DNA from: Candidatus Omnitrophota bacterium
GTDB lineage: Bacteria > Omnitrophota > Gorgyraeia > Duberdicusellales > 4484-171
Assembly (NCBI GenBank): GCA_021735445.1
Contig: JAIPHA010000003.1
Span: forward strand, 903 to 64,902
Reading direction: 5' to 3'
Length of the DNA stretch: 64,000 bases
Of this stretch, positions 63,067 to 64,000 are shown piece after piece; positions within the stretch are counted from its first letter, which is position 1; each line of letters starts with the position of its first letter. Under the pieces are notes generated by a model that was given only the letters and a program-made list of their open reading frames with translations, was not told the origin of the DNA and did no database searches. A program made the translations under genes and the position numbers.

Positions 63067-64000
63067 ATGGCAAAAAAAAGAATAGCGCTTGTAACTCCAT
63101 CAGTTTTAAAATGGGCTAGAAAATATAGAAATTTTTCTGAAGAAGAAGTTGCCAAGAGATTAAAGCGCTCAAAAAAAGAAATTATAGCCTGGGAGGGGGG
63201 TAAAGATAGCCCTTCTCTTGCTCAAGCTCGCAGAATTTCTGAAATATATAAAGTTCCATTAGCTGTATTTTACTTACAATCTCCTCCTAAGAAATTTTCG
63301 ATATTAAAAGATTATAGAAAAGTACCAACTGATTATCCAAGGAAAGACACTCCTCAATTATCTTTCCTAATTAGTGAACTCGAAAACAAGCAGGCGTGGC
63401 TTAAAGAATATTTCTCTTTTGAACAAAAAAAGAAGCTAAATTTTATAGGGAGCGCTAAGCAGGAGGATCCGATCCGATCCGTAGTAAAAAGTATGCGTAA
63501 GAATTTATCAATTTCTGTATCTAACCAAATAAAGATATCAAAAAAAAGTGATTTTCTAAGATTTCTGATCAGAAAAATAGAAGAAGCTGGGATATCAGTA
63601 TCTAGGCAAGGAAGAGTGGGGAGGACAAGAATAGAATGCATTGAAATCAGAGGTCTTGCTATATGCGATCAATTAGCTCCTTTTATTTTTATTAATTCAA
63701 ATGATGCAAAATCAGGTCAGATTTTTACTCTAATTCATGAATTAGCACACCTTTGGATTAATAAATCTGGTATATCAAATATTTCATATATCGATAGAAA
63801 AAATTTTAATTCAATTGAAATTTACTGCAATAAAGTTGCTGCTGAATTCTTAATGGATTCTGATTATTTTTGGGATATGTACAATCATGAAAAGAATAAA
63901 TTGCCCCTTTTAAAACTCATCGAAAAAATAAGTGATAAATTTAAAGTTAGCCCCGAAGCAGTATCTTTAAAACTAAAAAACAAAGGAAAAATAAGTTCAG
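63067..64000 (+). CDS. XRE-type HTH fused to an ImmA/IrrE-family zinc metallopeptidase (3' end beyond the window)
   Basis: ATG at 63067, open to the window end (311 codons), hence absent from the ORF track. It has an N-terminal HTH (SEEEVAKRLKRSKKEIIAWEGGKDSPSLAQARRISEIYKV) and the HEXXH motif FTLIHELAHLW. Confidence 0.8.
   Translation, partial: MAKKRIALVTPSVLKWARKYRNFSEEEVAKRLKRSKKEIIAWEGGKDSPSLAQARRISEIYKVPLAVFYLQSPPKKFSILKDYRKVPTDYPRKDTPQLSFLISELENKQAWLKEYFSFEQKKKLNFIGSAKQEDPIRSVVKSMRKNLSISVSNQIKISKKSDFLRFLIRKIEEAGISVSRQGRVGRTRIECIEIRGLAICDQLAPFIFINSNDAKSGQIFTLIHELAHLWINKSGISNISYIDRKNFNSIEIYCNKVAAEFLMDSDYFWDMYNHEKNKLPLLKLIEKISDKFKVSPEAVSLKLKNKGKISS

Larger units (their letters stand above)
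58614..64000. mobile_element. Integrated element at the 3' end of tRNA-His (left junction at about 58614-58625; right end not in the window)
   Basis: The recombinase gene abuts and overlaps the tRNA. All six minus-strand genes are element-type (recombinase, wHTH, Rep, SpoVG-like, small ORF, regulator) and diverge from an XRE-ImmA gene. Confidence 0.7.

Noticed and set aside
63354-63641. 95-aa minus-strand ORF
   Set aside because: It is antisense to the much longer XRE-ImmA reading frame, which carries clear HTH and HEXXH motifs.

Overview
AT-rich bacterial chromosome segment; the taxon cannot be assigned from the sequence alone, though the style suggests an uncultivated lineage. From 0.3 to 50 kb it is an almost uninterrupted plus-strand run of housekeeping operons. 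These are a permease-less regulatory PTS (ptsN-yvcK-ptsH-ptsI), pheA-hisC-aroF-tyrA, cmk-lepA-lepB, pgsA-plsY, recA-htrA-recX-alaS, hisD-hisB / hisH-hisA, rplM-rpsI, riboflavin genes with nusB, mazG, addAB, a short pyk, ttcA, split coaB/coaC, rmuC, a type IV pilus-like cluster (40.2-48.9 kb) and pyrE. These are followed by smpB, suhB, thyX and six tRNA genes. No rRNA genes or CRISPR arrays were seen. The accessory or unusual content is: (1) an element integrated at tRNA-His (58.6 kb to beyond the window end) carrying a large serine recombinase, a wHTH/zinc protein, an HUH rolling-circle Rep, a SpoVG-like protein, a WEFLRRN-motif regulator, an XRE-ImmA protein and a 110-nt GC-rich structured island. 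(2) Two different tRNA genes (Gly at 99, Arg at 55669) sit in the same homologous scaffold: a conserved 5' flank with a GxxExxY gene remnant, and a ~100-nt trailer module ending in a covarying hairpin plus a second copy of that tRNA's own 3' part. (3) A dispersed family of heptanucleotide-periodic arrays lies at gene boundaries, and one perfect (GTCCAAA)x4 array lies inside hisH. (4) A REP-flanked RAYT transposase sits between coaB and coaC. (5) A ~370-bp palindromic insert splits the his operon. (6) A 40-nt leader is shared by recA and ribH. Functional calls rest on motif recognition by eye; no database search was run.
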